A DNA stretch of 64,000 nt from an uncultured bacterium (GCA_963725235.1 CAVRXN010000003.1:75204-139203), one strand, 5' to 3'; positions 7,218-17,918 are shown, counted from the stretch's first letter. The notes: generated by a model not told the origin, from the letters alone. A program made the numbers and translations.

Positions 7218-9356
7218 TTACCGCTTCTTCCCTTCTATAATCAGCTGCGCCACGTTGTTCGGCGCCGGCTCATAGTGATCAAATTCCATCGTAAATGAAC
7301 CGCGGCCCTGCGACATCGAACGGAGCTCCGTTGCGTAACCGAACAGTTCGGACAGCGGGATCTTCGCGTTAACGACTTTGAGACCCGGACGGTCGTCCAT
7401 CGATTCGATGCGGCCGCGCTTCGAGTTCACGTTGCCCGTCACCTCGCCCATGAAGTTGTCCGGGACGATGACCTGAATTTTCATGATCGGTTCGAGAATC
7501 ACCGGCTTCGCGCGCTTCGCGGCTTCCTGGAACGCCATCGAACCCGCGATCTTGAACGCCGCTTCGGATGAGTCGACTTCGTGGAACGAACCATCGTAGA
7601 GCGTCACTTCGACATCGACGACCGGATAGCCGGCGAGAATACCTTTGTCGAGCGCTTCTTTCACGCCCTTCTCGGTGGGGTCGATAAATTCTTTCGGGAT
7701 CGCGCCGCCTTTGATTTCGTCGAGGAACACGAATCCCGCACCGCGCTCGAGCGGCTTCACGCGCAGCCAGACATGGCCATACTGACCGCGGCCGCCGGAC
7801 TGCTTGATATATTTGCCTTCGGCTTCGGCTTCGCCGCATGATCGTTTCTTTGTACGCAACCTGCGGCCGGCCGACATTCGCGTCGACGTTGAATTCGCGC
7901 TTCATGCGGTCAACGATAATTTCCAAGTGCAGTTCGCCCATGCCGGAGATGATCGTCTCGCCCGTTTCGTTATCGCCCGCCACGCGGAACGTCGGATCTT
8001 CTTCGGCAAGACGATGCAAGCGCCGTACCCATTTTTTCCTGGTCGGCTTTCGTTTTCGGTTCGATGCGCAAGCCGATGACCGGTTCAGGGAATGTGATCT
8101 TTTCGAGAATGATCGGCGTGATCCGGATCGCAGAGCGTATCGCCGGTCGTCGTCTCTTTCAAGCCGACGATCGCCGCGATTTCGCCCGCGTAGATCTCTT
8201 CCACTTCTTCGCGCTGGTTGGCGTGCATGCCGAACGATGCGGCCGACGCGCTCCTGCACGCCTTTCGTCGAATTATAAATATATGAACCGCGTTTCAAGA
8301 CGCCGGAGTAAGCGCGGAAGAACGCCAAGTTGCCGACGAACGGGTCGGTTGCGATCTTGAATGCGAGGCCGGCGAACGGTTCGTCGTCGCTCGCGTGGCG
8401 CAACACTTCGGCGCCCGTTTTCTCGATCGTGCGCCCTTGACCGGCGGCAAATCGAGCGGCGACGGCAAGTATTCAACGACGGCGTCGAGCATGAACTGCA
8501 CGCCTTTGTTTTTGAGCGCCGAACCGCACAAAACCGGAACGATCGTGTTCGCGATGACCGCTTTGCGAAGCGTCCTCTGCAGGTCGTCGAGTCGAGATCT
8601 CTTTGCCATCGAGATACTCCGACATCACCGTCGTCGTCGTTCTCGGCAATTTTTTCGATGAGATCATGGCGCGCCTTTTCAACTTCCGCTTTCATATCCT
8701 CCGGAATCGGAATCTCGATGATCTTTTCGCCATGCTCGCCCTCAAAACTGTATGCTTTGTTTTCGAGCAAGCGCGACGACGCCTTTGAAATCGGACTTCC
8801 GTGCCGATCGGCAGCTGGATCGGAATCGCGTTCGGCGTCAGGCGGTCAATGATCGACTGGAAGCTCTTCTCGAAGCTCGCGCCGCATGCGGTCAAGTTTA
8901 TTGATAAAACAAATGCGCGGCACTTTATAATCGTCCGCATAGCGCCAGTTCGTTTCCGACTGCGGTTCGACGCCGGCGACGCCGTCGAAGACGACGACCG
9001 CGCCGTCGAGAACGCGCAGCGAGCGCTTCACTTCGACCGTGAAGTCGATGTGGCCCGGCGTGTCGATCAAGTTGATCTGATGTTCGTGCTTCTTGTGCTC
9101 GGCCGGCTCGCGCCGGCATATTCGTCGGCGTCCAGAACGCCGTCGTCGCGGCGCTCGTGATCGTGATGCCGCGCTCGCGCTCCTGTTCCATCCAGTCCAT
9201 GACCGTGTCGCCCGTGTGCACTTCGCCGATCTTGTGCGAAACGCCGGTATAAAAAAGCACCCGCTCGCTGACGGTCGTCTTGCCGGCATCAATGTGCGCG
9301 ATGATGCCGATGTTCCGAATTTTTTCGATAGGATAAGCTCGACCCATAATTTTCAT
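7218..9356 (-). pseudogene. fusA: elongation factor G, reading frame broken by many frameshifts
   Basis: EF-G segments are spread over at least 7 ORFs in different frames. N-terminus: [25 protein letters not shown]...[19 protein letters not shown]. Middle: [48 protein letters not shown]-terminus: 219 aa, GGRGQYGHV...MEFDHYEP. Confidence 0.9.
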
Positions 9357-9384
9357 GATGCGCCGGCGCGGCGCAATGGAAGTA

Positions 9385-9413
9385 AGATTAGCATAGGTTG
9401 CGGGAGGGTGCAA
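9385..9413 (-). promoter_or_regulatory. sigma70-like promoter upstream of fusA
   Basis: On the minus strand, TTGCAC, 17 nt, TAATCT, about 30 nt upstream of the fusA start. Confidence 0.4.
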
Positions 9414-9502
9414 ATCATTGATGCCAGTGACTTGACGACTATCTTCGACATGATAAGATGGAGTTACAACGGCTTCGGCCTCGACGGTTGACAATGGACT
9501 CC

Positions 9503-9530
9503 CAAATCCCCTCTCGACAGAGGGGATTTG
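9503..9530 (-). terminator. hairpin terminator downstream of the 300-aa orphan gene
   Basis: AAATCCCCTCT-loop-AGAGGGGATTT palindrome just after the stop at 9542. Confidence 0.5.
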
Positions 9531-9541
9531 CTTTTCTGGCG

Positions 9542-10444
9542 TTATTCTGCGAAAGGAAGAGGAATTTGCCGACCCGCCTTCGTATGGCCTATTACTTTTT
9601 TAATAAAGTATTCCGCTCTGATACCTTCCGGAATAGAATATTGCCTCGTTAAAAGCGTCGTGGCCAAGATATCGTCTTTGGCAAAATATTCTTCATTTGT
9701 GGAAATTTTATTCAAAAACTCCTGATCCAATATAGTTGCGAAGAAAGTAGAATTGCCATCGTAAAAGCGCCATTTATTATCTTCCCGAAAAGAAACACTC
9801 ACGATTTGAAGCTTAGTTTCGTGCTCATTTTCTGAAATGAGCGTTTCGGTGACGTCGGGTACGGTAAAATATTCTGACTCTACCTTGGTAATTGTTTCTT
9901 TTTGCCCTCGGCCAGAAAACGTAACTTCATTAACGCCATCCTTTTCCAGCGGCTTTTTGATAATCAGTTCCAAGGATTTACGAACCTTAAAATTACCAAA
10001 CAGCTTGATAATATTTTCAGGGACTTCAAGAATTTCATCATCCCCTTCAAGCTCTATTCTCACCCTGCCAACCTCGAACTTAGTAATACTTTTTATTTTG
10101 CGATTTCGAAGATGCTTGATAAATTCAATAACTGAATCAGACGAGGTCTTTAAGAAGCCTACCAAGGTGATCAGATTTACGCCCGCATTAATACCAGATC
10201 CTGAAAGTGCAGCAAATAAGCCCGCAACGGTATTTTGGATAAAATTGAAATCTACGCCAAATGAACCTTCTGAAAAGGCTTTAATATTAACTGCGATTTT
10301 CGACTGGTTCCCGTAAAAGAGACTATTTGCCTCCTCCAAAAGCTCTCCTACTGCAAGCAAAGCTGGGGCAAGCTCTTTAACATCCATTTCGTGAGCATCC
10401 AAAGCTGGACCATCATATAAAATTTTAAAACTTGTTGCTTCCAT
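9542..10444 (-). CDS. hypothetical protein (300 aa), AT-rich, inserted between rpsG and fusA
   Basis: Long uninterrupted ORF, visibly AT-richer than its flanks, with no TM or signal peptide. No family recognised. Confidence 0.6.
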   Translation of the reverse strand: MEATSFKILYDGPALDAHEMDVKELAPALLAVGELLEEANSLFYGNQSKIAVNIKAFSEGSFGVDFNFIQNTVAGLFAALSGSGINAGVNLITLVGFLKTSSDSVIEFIKHLRNRKIKSITKFEVGRVRIELEGDDEILEVPENIIKLFGNFKVRKSLELIIKKPLEKDGVNEVTFSGRGQKETITKVESEYFTVPDVTETLISENEHETKLQIVSVSFREDNKWRFYDGNSTFFATILDQEFLNKISTNEEYFAKDDILATTLLTRQYSIPEGIRAEYFIKKVIGHTKAGRQIPLPFAE

Positions 10445-10646
10445 ATAATATAATTATACCAGAAGCATCATTAAAAAAATCTAAAGATCATCTTTAAGAT
10501 TTTTTAATCTCCGCGGTGCTCATCAACACCAACCAACGCGTAACCTTCCGCCACCTCGCCTCGTTCTAGGAAAGGCCCTAACCCAGTCGCCCTAGTTGTT
10601 TTCAGCGTTAAGGGGGAGGAGGAGTAATTCGTGCTAAAATTAATGT

Positions 10647-10892
10647 ATGGAAGCATTTTGGGGCTGGATGCGACTGGTAGCAATTATTATCATCTTTGGG
10701 GCTGTCCTCAGTTTATTTAATCTTCTCCGTCCCGGGATTTGGATCGACCGACAAATTGGCCAAGACGCCCAAGATCCTAAGGTTAAGAATTTCTTCAATT
10801 TTAATTGGCGCCTTGCCATTGCGATGCCAATACTAGTTTTGGTAGCTGCAGTATTGTTTTTCGTGATTGCTTATTGGCTCGGACCGCATTAG
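10647..10892 (+). CDS. small membrane protein (81 aa, 2 TM helices)
   Basis: Two hydrophobic helices (LVAIIIIFGAVLSLFNLL, AMPILVLVAAVLFFVIAYWL). RBS-like GGGGGAGGAGGAG upstream. Confidence 0.5.
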   Translation: MEAFWGWMRLVAIIIIFGAVLSLFNLLRPGIWIDRQIGQDAQDPKVKNFFNFNWRLAIAMPILVLVAAVLFFVIAYWLGPH

Positions 10893-10912
10893 AAAATTAA
10901 AAAGTAGGATAC

Positions 10913-10943
10913 AAAAATGCCGCAGAGATCTCTGCGGCATTTT
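10913..10943. terminator. bidirectional terminator between the 81-aa gene and rpsG
   Basis: AAAAATGCCGCAGAGATCTCTGCGGCATTTT palindrome flanked by A- and T-runs. Confidence 0.75.
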
Positions 10944-10953
10944 CGAATACTCC

Positions 10954-11421
10954 CTACCTCGCAAAATGCGCGAACGCACGGTTGGCTTCCGCCATTCTAT
11001 GCGTGTCCTGCTTCTTCTTGATCGCATTACCTTCGTTCTTCGAAGCGGCGATGAGTTCTTCGGCGAGCTTGTCGGCCATGCCTTTGCCTTTCTTGGCGCG
11101 AGCCGCACCGATGATCCAACGGACAGAAAGCGTGAACTTCCGCTCGGGGCGGACTTCCATAGGAACCTGATAGTTCGCACCGCCAACGCGTTTGGATTTC
11201 ACCTCGAGCATCGGTGAAACATTCTCCAACGCCTTCTCGAAAACCGTCATCGGATCCTCCTTCGTCTGCGCCTTGATCTTATCGAATGCACTATAAACCA
11301 ATCGCTCCGCCGTCGATTTCTTTCCGTCTTTCATGACGTAATTAATAAAGCGACCCAATTCAACGCGTCCATGGACAACGTCAGCGGTATAATATTTTTT
11401 ATAAACTCGTTTCTTGCGCAT
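10954..11421 (-). CDS. rpsG: 30S ribosomal protein S7
   Basis: 155 aa with typical S7 sequence (KSKRVGGANYQVPMEVRPER...RMAEANRAFAHF). Confidence 0.95.
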   Translation of the reverse strand: MRKKRVYKKYYTADVVHGRVELGRFINYVMKDGKKSTAERLVYSAFDKIKAQTKEDPMTVFEKALENVSPMLEVKSKRVGGANYQVPMEVRPERKFTLSVRWIIGAARAKKGKGMADKLAEELIAASKNEGNAIKKKQDTHRMAEANRAFAHFAR

Positions 11422-11432
11422 TTTAATGATTT

Positions 11433-11846
11433 TTATTTCTTCCCTGCCTTCGCGCCATATTTCGAGCGCTGTTGCTTGCGGCCTTCGACGCCCGTCGTAT
11501 CCAAAACGCCGCGGACGACGTGATAACGAACGCCCGGCAAGTCCTTTACGCGACCGCCGCGAATGACGACGATAGAGTGTTCCTGCAATGCGTGGCCTTC
11601 GCCCGGGATGTAAGCCGTAACTTCCATACCGTTCGTCAAACGGACACGCGCAACTTTACGCAAAGCCGAGTTCGGCTTTTTCGGAGTCGTCGTGAACACC
11701 TTAACGCACACCCCCCGCTTGAACGGCGACGCCGAGTCAACCGGCCGATTTTTGATCGTGTTGAAATAGTACGACAACGCCGGCGACTTCGTCTTCGCTT
11801 TATTCGGCTGGCGCCCTTTCTTGATCAATTGTCGGATAGTTGGCAT
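11433..11846 (-). CDS. rpsL: 30S ribosomal protein S12
   Basis: 137 aa: [12 protein letters not shown]...[36 protein letters not shown]. Confidence 0.97.
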   Translation of the reverse strand: MPTIRQLIKKGRQPNKAKTKSPALSYYFNTIKNRPVDSASPFKRGVCVKVFTTTPKKPNSALRKVARVRLTNGMEVTAYIPGEGHALQEHSIVVIRGGRVKDLPGVRYHVVRGVLDTTGVEGRKQQRSKYGAKAGKK

Positions 11847-11904
11847 GTCTATATAACCAAAGGATTCTAAAGCAATCTGACCCGAAAGTCAAACCGCACG
11901 CGAC

Positions 11905-12819
11905 TTATTTCTTTTTCTCCACCTGGCCGCCCTGCCCACTAACCGCAACGAGCAACGGACTCGCGATGAAGATGGACGAGTAGATACCCGTGATGACTCC
12001 GACGAGCAGCGTCAGGACGAAATACTGCAGGTCGGCTGGACCGGCGAAATACAGCGCGAGCAAAACGAGAATCAGAGTTAATGAAGTATTAATAGATCGC
12101 GCCATCGTCTGGTTGACGCTCGCGTTCACGATATCGGCGAACGACGCCTTGCCACGCTCGCGCAATAAATTCTCGCGGATGCGGTCGAACACGACGATCG
12201 TGTCGTGAACTGAAAAACCCATGACGACGAGAAGCGCGACGATAAAATCGCTATCGATTTGCACGTGCGCGAAGTGGCCGAGGATCGCGAGCAAGCCGGC
12301 CGGAATCGAGACGTCGTGGAACAACGTCAGTAACGTTATCCAGCCGTATTTCCAGGAACTGACTGGACGCGACGATTTGCGGAACGCGTACGCGATATAT
12401 AAAGAGATCGCGATAATGACGAGAACGAGCGCGATAAGCGAACTGTCGAGAACCGAAGCGCCAACCGACGGACTAATCGACTGGAAACTCAGCTCGTCGA
12501 AGGATGGCCATTGCGCTTTCAAGAGCGAAAGGTCGGCCTGATGCGTCGGTTCATCGATCGTTCCGAAGGTCGCTAGGAACGTCTGATGCTGCGCATCATA
12601 CGTAACCGTTGCGCCGTTCAGCTTTAAATTATCGGTGAAAAAATTCTGTACGCTGACAAGCGACGGACTGTCCGCAGCAGCGGAAAATTCCCACAGCGTG
12701 CCGCCGGTAAACTGCGCGCTTTCCTGGAAACGCCAGACACCAATTGAAATTAACGCGATGCCGACAAGGACGATTGAGATGGTGAACCAGATTTTTTTGT
12801 GGCCGACGATGTTAAGCAT
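11905..12819 (-). CDS. secF: protein translocase subunit SecF
   Basis: 304 aa, multi-TM, with SecF-type motifs (HDTIVVFDRIRENL). Overlaps the secD stop by 8 nt. Confidence 0.9.
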   Translation of the reverse strand: MLNIVGHKKIWFTISIVLVGIALISIGVWRFQESAQFTGGTLWEFSAAADSPSLVSVQNFFTDNLKLNGATVTYDAQHQTFLATFGTIDEPTHQADLSLLKAQWPSFDELSFQSISPSVGASVLDSSLIALVLVIIAISLYIAYAFRKSSRPVSSWKYGWITLLTLFHDVSIPAGLLAILGHFAHVQIDSDFIVALLVVMGFSVHDTIVVFDRIRENLLRERGKASFADIVNASVNQTMARSINTSLTLILVLLALYFAGPADLQYFVLTLLVGVITGIYSSIFIASPLLVAVSGQGGQVEKKK

Positions 12820-14089
12820 GTTGGGTTTGAATTTTATCTTTCAGGAAGATGCGCAGGAACAAACGTGTCGTCGTGATAGCGCTGAACAAGCTAACGAGTA
12901 CGCCAAGCAGGAGCGTTACAGCAAAACCTTGCACGAAACTCGACGTAAAGAAGTACAAAATCAACGCGGTTATGATCGTCGATGCGTTCGAATCGCGGAT
13001 CGACGGCCATGCGCGGCGGAAACCTTCCTCGACCGCGGACGCGCGCGGCAGCCCACGTTTTAATTCTTCTTTAATACGTTCGAAAATGAGAATATTGGCG
13101 TCGACAGCCATACCGATGGTCAGGATGAAACCGGCGAGGCCGGCGAGTGACAAGGTGATGCCGACCACCTTAAACAACCCAAGAGACAAAGCAATATAGA
13201 TGACCAACGACAGCGCCGCAAAAACACCGAGGCGGCCATAATAGAAAAGCATGAAGAGAATGACGAGCAGGGTGCCGATGATGCCGGCGACGACGACTGC
13301 CGCTAAAGAATTCGAACCGAGCGTCGGACTGACAGTCTGCTGGTTAATCAACGTTATCGGGGCAGGCAACGCGCCGGCATTAAACTGCTCGGCGATCTGG
13401 CTCGCGACACTGAACGTAATATCCGGACCGCTGATCTGCGCCTGGCCATTCGAGATCTCCTGGTCAACCGTCGGACAGCTTTCGGCCGGCGAACTCGGGA
13501 TGATAAAATTGTTGTCGACAAAGATACAAACCTGCTTGTTGACGTCCGCCTTCGTCATTTCATCAAAGATCTGCGCACCGTCGGTATTTAACGTAAAGTT
13601 AATGACATAACCGCCCGCACCGGACGGGTTCGCACCAACCGTCGCGCCGGTCAAATACTGGCCAGTCAGGTTCGTCGGAACATATTGCGGCGTCGTGCTC
13701 GAACCGCTCGTCTGCACTTCGACGAAATCGAGTGTCGGCGTCTGGCCGATCTGTGCAACCGCCTCCGCCGTGTCCTTCACGCCCGGCAAATCGACATCGA
13801 GCTCGGCCGTATTCCCCGACTGCGCAGTATACACCTGCGGTTCACCGACACCAAACAGGTTAACGCGCTTTTCGATAACATCACGGAGGCCATCGACCAC
13901 CGAACCCTGATTCGTTGCCGAAACCTGCGACAGGTCGATCGAATAAACAAGATGCGCACCACCTTCGAGATCGAGACCGAGAGCCCACGGCCGCGCACTC
14001 GCGCCCCACCCACGCGGATAGACAAAAATCGCGGCGATAATCGCCACAACGATGATGACCGTCAGCCATAGGCCCGGATGCTTTCTCAT
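12812..14089 (-). CDS. secD: protein translocase subunit SecD
   Basis: 425 aa. N-terminal TM, periplasmic domain, and C-terminal 6-TM domain (GLAGFILTIGMAVDANILIFERIKEE). Confidence 0.9.
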   Translation of the reverse strand: MRKHPGLWLTVIIVVAIIAAIFVYPRGWGASARPWALGLDLEGGAHLVYSIDLSQVSATNQGSVVDGLRDVIEKRVNLFGVGEPQVYTAQSGNTAELDVDLPGVKDTAEAVAQIGQTPTLDFVEVQTSGSSTTPQYVPTNLTGQYLTGATVGANPSGAGGYVINFTLNTDGAQIFDEMTKADVNKQVCIFVDNNFIIPSSPAESCPTVDQEISNGQAQISGPDITFSVASQIAEQFNAGALPAPITLINQQTVSPTLGSNSLAAVVVAGIIGTLLVILFMLFYYGRLGVFAALSLVIYIALSLGLFKVVGITLSLAGLAGFILTIGMAVDANILIFERIKEELKRGLPRASAVEEGFRRAWPSIRDSNASTIITALILYFFTSSFVQGFAVTLLLGVLVSLFSAITTTRLFLRIFLKDKIQTQHA

Positions 14090-14161
14090 TGGAAATTATT
14101 GTAGCTGGTCGGGGCGAAAAAATCAAATCGCTCGAGGCGCCTTGCGCGACGCCCCGTCGTC

Positions 14162-14569
14162 TCAAATGCCATACTGCGACAGCCCCGCCGTGCTCGTCTG
14201 CGCCTGGATAAATTGATTAATCCAAACGCCAAAAATCCAAAACGTGACGACACTCGAAATAATAAGGAGCGCGAGCGCAATCCAGCCGATCTGCTGCGCC
14301 TTCGAATCGGGCGATTTGATATATTTAATCCCCTGCCAATAGCTGACGGCGAGATAACAGATGATCGGCAGAACGATACTGAAACCGTAGAGCAAAATCT
14401 GCGCGACGATGTCGGTCGACAAGCCCGGCTCATTCAACTTCTTGCCGCAATTCGGACAAAAATGGTACGTCGGCAAAACCGGCTGATAGCATTGCGGACA
14501 GAGCATCGTCACCGGCGGTGTCGGCACAGCCGACGCCGGGATGGGCGCTTGGGCTGGATTTTCGTCCAT
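14162..14569 (-). CDS. zinc-ribbon membrane protein
   Basis: 135 aa. CPQC...CPNCG zinc-ribbon motif followed by 3 TM helices. Confidence 0.6.
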   Translation of the reverse strand: MDENPAQAPIPASAVPTPPVTMLCPQCYQPVLPTYHFCPNCGKKLNEPGLSTDIVAQILLYGFSIVLPIICYLAVSYWQGIKYIKSPDSKAQQIGWIALALLIISSVVTFWIFGVWINQFIQAQTSTAGLSQYGI

Positions 14570-14601
14570 GTTCTTATTCTACCATTTAGAAAAAACTAAT
14601 G

Positions 14602-14674
14602 TGCCCCCACCTGGGCTCGAACCAGGAACCGCTTCCTTAAAAGGGAATTGCTCTACCAGTTGAGCTATAGGGGC
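14602..14674 (-). tRNA. tRNA-Lys (anticodon UUU)
   Basis: Reverse complement is GCCCCTATAGCTCAACTGGTAGAGCAATTCCCTTTTAAGGAAGCGGTTCCTGGTTCGAGCCCAGGTGGGGGCA. Anticodon loop CTTTTAA. Confidence 0.9.
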
Positions 14675-14767
14675 ATCTATCTTCAACCCGAATTATCTGT
14701 CATTATAAAAGAATTTCAAAAAAAATTCAAGCAGAAAATTTCACCGATCCGCGCCGCGCCAACACAC

Positions 14768-15364
14768 TCACTCCCCCTCATACTTCCTCATCATGCGGCG
14801 ATAGATCCGGAACAGCACGAACATAATAACCGCGACGGCGATGATGGCGGCGATAAGCTCGAGCAAGTTCGAGAAGCTGTCCCAGTAATTGCCGACGGCA
14901 TAGCCAATCGCGAGCGCGGCGAAGGGTTCGATGAGATTTCCCAAAAAGTCATTTATTAAAAATATATTAAACGGAACGCCGACGAGGCCGGCGAGAAACG
15001 CAGCGATCGGCGAGAGCGAGCCGGCGAAGCGCGTCATGAAAACCGTGATCGCGGCATCGGTCCGCAATTCTTCTCGAAGCTGGTTATAAAATTTCAGTTT
15101 GTGCAAGCGTAACAATCGCACGATGCCATCACCCCAATAGCGCGTGATGCCGTAGTCCGTCAAATCGCCGGCGACATTCGCGACAACCGCCGTTGCGAGC
15201 ACACCCCAAAAATTAAAATAGCCCTGACTCGCGAATGCGCCGACGGCAAGCAACATCGCATTGCCCGGCAGCGGCAAAATGACCGCCGCGGAATAAACAA
15301 CAACGGCGATCGTCCAGTATCTATAGAGCAGGACGTATGAGAGCAGCTCGTTCAGGATGTTCAT
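14768..15364 (-). CDS. DedA/VTT-domain family membrane protein
   Basis: 198 aa, multi-TM, DedA-like (RFAGSLSPIAAFLAGLVGVPF). Confidence 0.7.
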   Translation of the reverse strand: MNILNELLSYVLLYRYWTIAVVVYSAAVILPLPGNAMLLAVGAFASQGYFNFWGVLATAVVANVAGDLTDYGITRYWGDGIVRLLRLHKLKFYNQLREELRTDAAITVFMTRFAGSLSPIAAFLAGLVGVPFNIFLINDFLGNLIEPFAALAIGYAVGNYWDSFSNLLELIAAIIAVAVIMFVLFRIYRRMMRKYEGE

Positions 15365-15792
15365 GTGCTCGCCGTCGTAGTCGCAACAAAATTTTCGATC
15401 GCAGCATCGACCCGACTTATAAACGTCGCCTCATTAAAATTTGCCGTCTTCACATAACTCGAAATCGTAAGCCGCGGGTATGACGCACTCGAAATTTGTA
15501 ATTGTGTTTTTAAATAATCCGTCGGCAGCGCAAAAATTTTGTTGAGGTATTGGAATGTCATCCAGGAACGAACAACAGTCCCGGCATCGCTCGTCGGCAA
15601 CGGTGCGTGGTGCGCAAGCAGCTGGGACATTTCAAAATGTCGCGCATTGATCAACTGCGCACGCCGGAGCGATTCATACTGCGCAACAAAAAAGACGACG
15701 AGCGCGAGCAAGACGACGGCAAAAATAATCAGCGCGTAACGGATATACCGCTCGAGCCGATGAGGATGCGGAACCTTACCATTGTCAGCCAT
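15361..15792 (-). CDS. hypothetical membrane-anchored protein (143 aa)
   Basis: Single N-terminal TM helix. Its stop overlaps the dedA-like start by 4 nt. Confidence 0.5.
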   Translation of the reverse strand: MADNGKVPHPHRLERYIRYALIIFAVVLLALVVFFVAQYESLRRAQLINARHFEMSQLLAHHAPLPTSDAGTVVRSWMTFQYLNKIFALPTDYLKTQLQISSASYPRLTISSYVKTANFNEATFISRVDAAIENFVATTTAST

Positions 15793-15808
15793 GATTCTAT
15801 TATACGAC

Positions 15809-16708
15809 TTAACGGATAAAACGCGTATAAATGCCGGATGGGATGACTCTGACTGCGCTAGATTCTTCTAATTGCAACTCGCCGAACTCGGTTTTCGCCG
15901 CCACCTCCGGAAACGCACTCTCTGTCGCCTGCAAAAACGATTGCGGCGAATAACCTGCGGCGTATCCATTCAACAAGAAAAATGATCCCGGTTTTTTGCT
16001 CGCAATCTTCGCCGTCGCTTCGAGCAGCCGCGGCAAGTCCTCCTCTATTTTCCACACCTCCCCTTTCGCACCGCGTCCGAACGCCGGTGGATCTAAAATA
16101 ATTCCGTCGTACTCTGCGCCGCGTCTTACCTCTCGTTCAACAAACTTCAACGCATCATCAAAGATGTAACGAATATTTTCCACCGGGACTTCAGAAAGTT
16201 TCGCATTCTCCTTCGCCCACTCGTTTGATTGGCGCGACGCATCGACATGCGTAACGTTCGCGCCCGCGAGGGCGGCAACAATACTCGCGATGCCCGTATA
16301 GCCAAACAGGTTCAACACTTTTATCGGCACCCGCCGCTCCTGTGCCTTCCGCGCCCGCGACCCATCCATCACCCGCTCCGCAATCCACTCCCAGTTCACC
16401 GCCTGCTCCGGAAACACGCCCATGTGCTTGAATGATGTCAGTTTAACGACAAATTTCGTCTCACCCCACCCCAGCTCCCACAATGCCGGAATATTCTTTT
16501 TGTTCACCCATGCACCCTTGCCGCCATCAAACCGAAACTCCGCGTTCGCTTTTTTCCACTCCGTTGCCGGGCGAGCCGGTCGCCAAAGCGCCTGCGTCTC
16601 CGGCCGGATGACAATATATTTTCCATAGCGCTCGAGTTTACGCCCGTCGCCGGAGTCGAGGAGTTCGTAGTCGCGCCAGGGGCGGGTGAGGAGGTTTTTG
16701 GATTGCAT
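15809..16708 (-). CDS. class I SAM-dependent methyltransferase (RlmI/RlmK-like)
   Basis: 299 aa. SAM-binding motifs: LNLFGYTGIASIVAALAGA.VTHVDAS and IILDPPAFGRG. Confidence 0.8.
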   Translation of the reverse strand: MQSKNLLTRPWRDYELLDSGDGRKLERYGKYIVIRPETQALWRPARPATEWKKANAEFRFDGGKGAWVNKKNIPALWELGWGETKFVVKLTSFKHMGVFPEQAVNWEWIAERVMDGSRARKAQERRVPIKVLNLFGYTGIASIVAALAGANVTHVDASRQSNEWAKENAKLSEVPVENIRYIFDDALKFVEREVRRGAEYDGIILDPPAFGRGAKGEVWKIEEDLPRLLEATAKIASKKPGSFFLLNGYAAGYSPQSFLQATESAFPEVAAKTEFGELQLEESSAVRVIPSGIYTRFIR

Positions 16709-16711
16709 AAA

Positions 16712-17917
16712 TTAATTTTGGCATTGCAGATTATTAACTTTATTCAGGAAATCAGCTCGCTGACCTTCAAAGCCGGATGTGAGTTCAAGATCTTGAAGAT
16801 AATCGTTCCATCCGTAGGTTGTTGAAGTTGGCTGATATCCCAACTCATTAAGTACGTTGACAAAAGAGTCATATCCTCCCAAATATGTCCCGTCATATTG
16901 CGTACTTGTTGCGGAATGGGGGCCGTAAGGATGGTTGGGGAGTCCGGCTACGGCGACATCGAGCTTGCAGCCGTTTACATTATTAAGGCTCACAGAAGAT
17001 GATTTGCCAGAAGATGGATTTGCGTATGTTGATGAAGTCAAATAGATTGTAAGTGAATTTCGCAGCGTGATGTCATTGCAAACAGCGGAGTTAAGAAAAT
17101 TAACGGCAACATCATGATAGCATTCATCTCGGAGTGAATTATCATATCCTGCAACCATGTCAGGATAGAAAATATAAACATTAGGCGATATTTTCCCACA
17201 GAGATCTGGTTTGTTCACGCTCGTGGCAACAAGGTCGTAAAGATATTCTTGGTCATTTGGAATAGCCGCAACAGTTGATGAAAACGGTTCACTATACGAA
17301 GGCAATTGTTCGACGGCATTAATAAAACTGGAAGTCGTCCTGATAGATTGGAATAAATGATAAAGTGTGGTATCGTAACCAACAGGATTAAAGCTACTGG
17401 AGGCAACAATAGGAGCGCCTCCCTCTGCCTGAAGGAGTGTCTGTTCATTATAGCCGAGCTGGTTCATTATTGTTCCTAATTGGTCATCGGATAGCGTTGC
17501 AAGAGAACCTCCGAATAATTGATTATCTGTTTGCACTTGTTGTATACAATTAGCTTGATTGATTTTACTCCCATCTAACGTAGGTGTGCTGATTGGTTTT
17601 ACGTTAGCGCATAGACTTTCGTCTTTAGCCTCCACTGCAGCGGCAAGATAACAGGTCGAACGCGCATAATCAATTTGATAACCCGGCGGTGAAAAGCCTC
17701 CGATATCTCCTACGGCATCAGACGAAATCTTCGCGCATAATTGAGGTTGTTTAAAATCTTGTGCCACGCCGCTCATGAAAAGTTCGCACGTTGACGCAGT
17801 TTTTGTCGCTGGATTTGAAATTAACCTTTGTAACATACCATTCTGTACAAGCGGATAAAATGCAAGAATGCCGATGAGGATAAGCACTGAGACGACAAGA
17901 ATATTTTCAGTTTTCAT
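16712..17917 (-). CDS. hypothetical secreted/anchored Cys-rich protein (401 aa)
   Basis: N-terminal TM or signal sequence. Recurring xLC.KIS/xxC motifs (QLCAKISSD, SLCANVKP, DLCGKISPN, AVCNDITL). AT-rich. Confidence 0.55.
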   Translation of the reverse strand: MKTENILVVSVLILIGILAFYPLVQNGMLQRLISNPATKTASTCELFMSGVAQDFKQPQLCAKISSDAVGDIGGFSPPGYQIDYARSTCYLAAAVEAKDESLCANVKPISTPTLDGSKINQANCIQQVQTDNQLFGGSLATLSDDQLGTIMNQLGYNEQTLLQAEGGAPIVASSSFNPVGYDTTLYHLFQSIRTTSSFINAVEQLPSYSEPFSSTVAAIPNDQEYLYDLVATSVNKPDLCGKISPNVYIFYPDMVAGYDNSLRDECYHDVAVNFLNSAVCNDITLRNSLTIYLTSSTYANPSSGKSSSVSLNNVNGCKLDVAVAGLPNHPYGPHSATSTQYDGTYLGGYDSFVNVLNELGYQPTSTTYGWNDYLQDLELTSGFEGQRADFLNKVNNLQCQN

Positions 17918-17918
17918 T

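Noticed and set aside
7218-9356. Reading the clustered frameshifts as programmed recoding or genuine pseudogenisation of fusA, tuf and the ribosomal protein genes
   Set aside because: There are too many lesions, in too many single-copy essential genes, without slippery-site or stimulator patterns. I kept this as a data-quality finding rather than a biological claim, pending read-level evidence.
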